Shown here: positions 58,040 to 64,000 of the stretch, one piece after another | Layout of the letters: the number at the start of each line of letters is the position of its first letter | Position numbering within the stretch: the stretch's first letter is position 1 | DNA from: Williopsis jadinii | Lineage: Eukaryota | Reading direction: 5' to 3' | NCBI GenBank assembly: GCA_024346625.1 | Contig: AP024664.1 | Span: 1,302,001 to 1,366,000, forward strand | Length of the DNA: 64,000 nt | Notes under the pieces: model-generated | Database searches by the model: none | What the model was told of the DNA's origin: nothing | The model's input: only the letters and a program-made list of their open reading frames with translations | Made by a program: the position numbers and the translations under genes

Positions 58040-61000
58040 GATAGTTCCCAAGTAATTGACAGGCAAAGAACAGAGTGTTTCATTGGGAAGAACTACATTC
58101 TCATCTTGGGGAGGGCTCGAGCATTAATTTATACTGAACCTGCATGCGAGCGTGGGACGATGGGCATAAAAAAAATTTTTTTAGCTCTACATGATACGGG
58201 CTAATACAGTCTTGATGTATCCTGTGAGCAATTGATTCACCGTGATGTTGTCGGTTCGGTATCTCTAAAATTGGGCCTTCCGTGGCATATATAGAGCCAT
58301 TGTAGAACGAATAGCCGATATCTTCTGGACGCTAATATAATACACTCCTCCTCCGTTAGTGGTTCAATCTTCCTCACACAGCATAGCTTCTTCGCTCTCA
58401 CCTGGGTCTCGAGTCTTCAGAATGCGCCTTGTCGCAGCTATTTAGATCTTCCAAAGGTCCAAAGTGTCATCTCACGTGCAAACTCGAAATAACGGTCGTG
58501 GCTGGTGAAATAAATTTGCCACGTGGTGTCTGGGTGTTGAAGAGGCTGAATGTGGCGTCGTGCATATTGCATATTGCATCTTCGACGATATAAGACACGC
58601 AAACCTTGTTTGTTTTCTCACAGGGTACGCAGCGATGCACACGTCTACTTCTTTGTTGGTTTATTGTACATGGTTCACCTACTCAATGGAACTGTCAGTG
58701 TGTTCGTTCTTTCCTCGTTGGATATGAACAAGTTTCGGGAAAGAAGTTTACAATGGTGTAGAAGACAATGCTCTATGGGTTCTACTTCATTGAAAATGCA
58801 GGAGGACCTTGGCAATGAGTATTTGCTGTGGTTAAAGTTGTAACAGAGGATGATCACCTTTAGACTCGTATACCATGTATTCTATGTAGTTAAACAATGA
58901 GCCGATAAATTGAAAACTGTCAATGAGATTGGTTACGAAGTATGAAAGAGAACACAAGGCATCAAAGAGTCTTTTCTAGATCGAGATGCGGTGTGTTCAT
59001 GAGATGAGAAAGGGTCGAAAACAAGTTGGTGACACAGTTTCATTCCAACCGAGGTCCCGTAAAGATCAAGATGTTTGACAGGGAACAGAGAGCATTCTGT
59101 AGAAAGTTGTGTACGATTTGCTTTTCATCATTCAATACAGACATACAGCACATGCTCGGGTTCAAAACGATATGGTTTTGCAAAGCCATAGTCTGGGGTA
59201 CATTGATTCCATTCAATGGTGTGTAATCAGCCAGCTTATACGGTACGCAGTATTTTATGAAAAATAGAAAGAAGGTACCATAGACGACGTGGTATACTAT
59301 GATATATTTCCCTCCCAGTTACTGGGACATATGTATCCCTTCTTCCTCACGGGATGATCCTGAATCGCTTGGTCAAAAACATCTACAATATCAAGCTCTT
59401 CGCGTACAGCAATATATGAAAAAGTCACAAGGCGTACATGCTTCTAAAGCACTAGCTGTTCTATATTACTTCTCTTCGGTAGATTGTTTGCTCTTTTTGA
59501 AACCCAAATGAAATCACCATTAACACCTTTGTACTTAACATTGCCAGCTAGAGAAAAGAGTTTGACTCGATGAGGCCTTTCATCCTTTAGTGACCTTGGA
59601 AATTAAACTGGTTGCCTTTGAGCCACGCTAGATCATGATCATGATCCTATCTATTCAAGTGGATAGTGTTAAAGGCCCCAGAATAATCTACCATTGAGGA
59701 TTCTGCGCAGAGTTCCAGTACTAACTTGAGAGTCCAGCTCTACAACATTTAGTGTGGTTTAAGCTACAACAAAAAACTTGGGAGAAACCCCAATCTACAG
59801 CTTCGTACTAAATCTCTAGTCATATAAAATCACCCTTATACTGGGAAATTTATTCTTCGGTCCGACAGTACTTGAGTCTTCCACATTAAGTGAAACCTGC
59901 TTGAGCAACAATCACAGGCTCGATTGTCCTTGATCTGCAATAGGTGCAGAAGGCGCATATATCCAACAAGAAGCACGCTGTTGCTGAGGTTTACAGGCCT
60001 GACTACGGTTTCTTTCTTGTTATAAAGACAAAACAAATTTGTATATATAAACCAGAAAACCAGTATTTTGAGCAAACAGAATACATAATGGTCGTATTAT
60101 ATGTGTATTAAAACCAAATGTATATAATTGTTTCATAAATCTTACAAGAATTTCAATGGCATTAAAGAGAAAATTTTGAAGAAATACTCTGCCTAAAAAG
60201 TACAAAACTTTTAATAAGTAACTGAAGTCCAAAATTAATTTCTAAAATCTTTTAAAACTTTCAATTTATGCCATTGACTATCAAGAGCAAGGAATAAACA
60301 ATATGAGGATTAAATATTACTCGAGAGTCACTCAGAGACGACTCTTATTACAGATTAAATAACAACGGTGATTGGCGCATATTCCCTCCATGAAACTACA
60401 CCCGTACATCAGCTTTACAGTAAAGTGTCGATCCTGTACCAAAACGCAGATATAACTGTTTCCTGCCATTGCTTATCGCACAGAATGATCTTCACGATGA
60501 ATTCTTTTGTATTCACTCATGAGTCAGCCTCAATCCCGGGCTCTGTCATCCATAGATTTCAACTGGTGCACATTTCCAGGATCTATGAACATGGCAGATC
60601 TTTGCTGTGGCCCTTCAGCGAATGAGATACCACTGTTATGGGACTAGAATCTGTCAAACACAGCTATCCAATAAAGGGGCTGATGTGCCGGATATCTATA
60701 TTAAAGACGCTACAAAATACTGAATATATCATTTATACAGGTTGTAGCTGTGAGTAAGTATAGGAAATGGGTAAAAGCCTAACTAAAACGTTTGAGCAAT
60801 TTATGGCCTAGGGCATGATAATGGGTGCAAAACACAACCATGTATTTTCAATTATGCCCTCACTACGCAACAGTGCTACCTGTCCTTCTGATATGACTTG
60901 TGTTTAACGTCTCTGGAAAATTTAGCATGATAAAACAATGAATCAATTGGAAGCTTTTCATAGTCATCTTGGTGGGACCTGTTCCTTGGGATTCTCCACT

Positions 61001-62158
61001 ATTGTCACTATGTTCCAATCATTTTTGGGCAGTCGATGAGTGTAATCCATTTACAGCAACAACTTATCATGTGAAGTACGCTTCTTATAATGAGATATCT
61101 GATTATATCTATGATTTCAAATGCCTCTACTCCCAGCTTGATTAGGGCTGTTCATTCTCAAACAAGTTTACGGCTGTGACGACTAACTTGAGAATCCTTC
61201 TTCTGAATCGGAGTCACGATTGAAACAAAATACCCAATTTCCATCTACTAAGTCAAGATTGGCAAGCTTATCAATCGAAAAGTTTTACTAGCATGTCAAT
61301 TCTACAGGTGAGGGCTAAAAGCTCCACAGAAATTCTATGTAAATAATTACTCATTGTAGCTGATCAAAACGATAAGATGTCTCCTCACTTTTGACAATAT
61401 CCACTTTCATGTCGAATACCCTACAACGAACCAAACTTTTGTACTTTTCTGGAAGAGAGTCTACTCTGATGCTGACTAAAATAGCTAATATCCTACACAT
61501 GTGGTCAAATTCAACTCATAGTACCTCAAATGTTAGGACGAATTCGATCCTTTATGTCTCTACGGGCCATTACTATTTGTTCTTATAGTCTCTCTGCTGG
61601 TACACAACAATCCAGATTCACAAGACCGCCCATGAACATATTTGAAAGTATGTAACGAAGCTCACCACCTTCTATGCTATCTGGTAGAGTTTTTCGTGGA
61701 CCAAATCAGACTCTTCCTTCTATTAAAGTATGTGGTTTCCAAGAACATCGGCCATTCTATAACCTTTATAAACGTTTTTTGTTCTAGCACAAGCTGACAA
61801 CTATGGCTAGAGTCCAAGCACTTGTCTGTCCAATCACCTTTCAACTATGAACCGCAGTCATCAGCCATTGACATCTTTACTGAAGAGACACTACCTTTAA
61901 TAGTGCATTTACCAGATCAGAAACGTCCAGGAGAACCTTTTCTCCTCTACTTACAAGCACAACAGCATTTGCAGCTACAAAATGGAAGGAAAGAGCACAG
62001 TATTTGAGTACACCAGGATAGTTTATTTGGTAACATAGGTATTAGTTAACTCTCTGGAGTTTGGTGTATGGATAGACATAAGCAAATACATTAAATTAAA
62101 AGTTTCAAAATCATCACTGTAAAACGAATGAAGAGGGTTTCAAAATGGAACAAATGGT

Positions 62159-63643
62159 TCAAACGATATTATCACTGTTCTCAGTGTTCTTCTCAGCGTT
62201 TGGGCTAGGAGTAGCATCTGTGTTGTTGATGTGATCATCAATCAGAGCTGGCTTTGCTGGTGGGTTCTTAGAAGCGTTGGATCTGACTGGTTCTGGAATG
62301 TATTGTTGTTCCTCGTTGTAAGTGAATTCACCAATTTCAGCTTGATCAGTTCCGAGCTCCTCCTCATCAGCGTGCAATCTCAATCTCAAGAATGGTATAC
62401 GATCTTGAACCAAAAGGATGATGGCGGTGACAACACAGGTCCAGCCAATGATGGCACACATACCAGCCAATTGGTAACCAACTTGCTTCCAGTGGTGGTT
62501 CAACCAACCACCTGCAATCTCAGTACCATCCAAGGCGGTGACGTAGTCAGCGGCAAAAATACCAGTAAGAACACAACCAACAGAACCACCAACACCGTGC
62601 AAAGCGTAGACATCCAAACCGTCATCGATCTTGAGGATGTTCTTCAAGTCGACAGCAAAGTTACAAGCAGTAGCGGTGATGATACCGATAATCATAGCAG
62701 CCCAGATTGGAACGAAACCGGCACCTGGGGTGATACCAACAAGACCGGCAATGGCACCGGAACAGAGACCAACTGTAGTCCACTTACCATCGGAACGGAA
62801 GTAATCGATGAACATCCAAGTCAAAGCGGCACATGAGGCAGCAACGTTAGTGTTGATGTTAGAGAACCAAGCTCTGATGGTGGTGGTACCGGCAGAACCA
62901 CCGTTGAAACCAAACCATCCAAACCACAAGAATACAGTACCCAAGACGACAGATGTAACGGAGTGTGGCTTGTACTTTGGCAAACCCTTACCCGCAACTG
63001 GATCGTTTCTCTTACCAAGCACCAAGGCGTAGATCAACGCACCGTGACCAGAGGTGATATGGACTGGACCACCTCCAGCGTAATCGAGACCACCGAGCTT
63101 GGCTAACCAGCCCTCTGGGTTCCAGGTCCAACAAGCAACCGGGCAGTAGACAATGGTGATCCAGATGAAGAGGAAAACCATCATTGGTCCCAAACGAGCA
63201 CGCTCACAAGCACCACCAATCATCAAAGATCCAGTGACACAGGCAAACATACCTTGGAAGAAGGCGAAAACGGTATCTGGCAAGGCAGAGACAACAGATG
63301 GGGCTCCCAAGACGTTTCTCATACCAATGAACTGCAGGGAACCGAGGAACTCGCCGTAGACGTTGTGGGAAAAAACAAGCGAGTAGCCCCAGAAAAACCA
63401 CTGGAACGAAACCAGGGACGCAGCCATAAGCGATGCCCAAAGAAGGGACAAGGCGTGCTTCTTTCTTGAGAGACCAGAGTACAAGAGACCGATACCTGGA
63501 ACCATGATCCAAACCAGAATGGCAGCAACACCAACCCACGCCATGTTGGCAAGGTCGAATTGCGAGTTGAGGTCAACCTCTAGCGAGTTACCACCGGTGC
63601 CGACACCAGTGAGACCCGATGGGAGAGACGTAGCTTCGGACAT
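62159..63643 (-). CDS. MEP2: High-affinity ammonium permease Mep2
   Basis: GTGGNSLEVDLNSQFDLANM, PGIGLLYSGLSRKKHALSLLW, GGPVHITSGHGAL, LPKYKPHSVTSVVLGT, YIPEPVR. Confidence 0.95.
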   Translation of the reverse strand: MSEATSLPSGLTGVGTGGNSLEVDLNSQFDLANMAWVGVAAILVWIMVPGIGLLYSGLSRKKHALSLLWASLMAASLVSFQWFFWGYSLVFSHNVYGEFLGSLQFIGMRNVLGAPSVVSALPDTVFAFFQGMFACVTGSLMIGGACERARLGPMMVFLFIWITIVYCPVACWTWNPEGWLAKLGGLDYAGGGPVHITSGHGALIYALVLGKRNDPVAGKGLPKYKPHSVTSVVLGTVFLWFGWFGFNGGSAGTTTIRAWFSNINTNVAASCAALTWMFIDYFRSDGKWTTVGLCSGAIAGLVGITPGAGFVPIWAAMIIGIITATACNFAVDLKNILKIDDGLDVYALHGVGGSVGCVLTGIFAADYVTALDGTEIAGGWLNHHWKQVGYQLAGMCAIIGWTCVVTAIILLVQDRIPFLRLRLHADEEELGTDQAEIGEFTYNEEQQYIPEPVRSNASKNPPAKPALIDDHINNTDATPSPNAEKNTENSDNIV

Positions 63644-64000
63644 TTCTAGTTTCTTTTGTTATTGAGCTTGAAGGGACAAAAATCACAAACGTCAATTGAT
63701 GGGACAGAGGCGAAAAGGGTCTGCAAATCCGTGAATCGGGTGGCAGAGGGAATTCTTGGTGTTTATATACATATGGCGATCATTGTCCACCGTAGCCACC
63801 GGGTTAATGTACTCATGAACAAAACTCTCATTTTTGTCTTGCTTTTGTTGTTGTCCGATATGATGCAAGAGGGAAAGCTGCGTTATCTTGCGTTCGCACA
63901 GGCCAGAAAAGTCGTATGGTAGATCCTTTGTCGGAAGCTTGGGTCCTTTTGATTGGCAAATACCGAAATTGCCTGTGGTTTGAATTAATACGTACATGCG

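Overview
A 64-kb stretch of a budding-yeast (Saccharomycotina) nuclear chromosome. It has short GT-AG introns with TACTAAC-type branch points. Genes lost from S. cerevisiae (SFU1-type GATA repressor, CLPTM1) are present, so a Cyberlindnera/Wickerhamomyces-like yeast is likely (inference). It holds about 28 protein genes and two tRNAs (Ile-AAT, Thr-TGT), in recognisable synteny blocks: YPR011C-MIN8; DPC29-VMA7-CHS5-UGA1-YGR017W; VIR1?-PNC1; GTO-CHO2-MTR3-RIM8-NSR1; DTD1-ADE6; CHS1; SFU1; WSS1; two ammonium transporters; tandem FMO1 paralogs. Three things stand out. (1) A decayed Fanzor2/IS607-TnpB-like RNA-guided nuclease element at ~28.9-29.6 kb, with a second partial copy at ~14.4-14.6 kb. 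The two share a near-identical 3' core and a common right boundary, a candidate omega-RNA scaffold/guide junction. (2) The YPR011C-like mitochondrial carrier is split across two frames exactly at GCG-AGG-C, a hybrid of the Ty3 and Ty1/ABP140 +1 ribosomal frameshift signals, so it is a candidate new programmed frameshift gene. (3) A structured, uORF-containing 5'-UTR intron in ADE6. All calls come from reading the sequence and recalling protein families; no searches were run.
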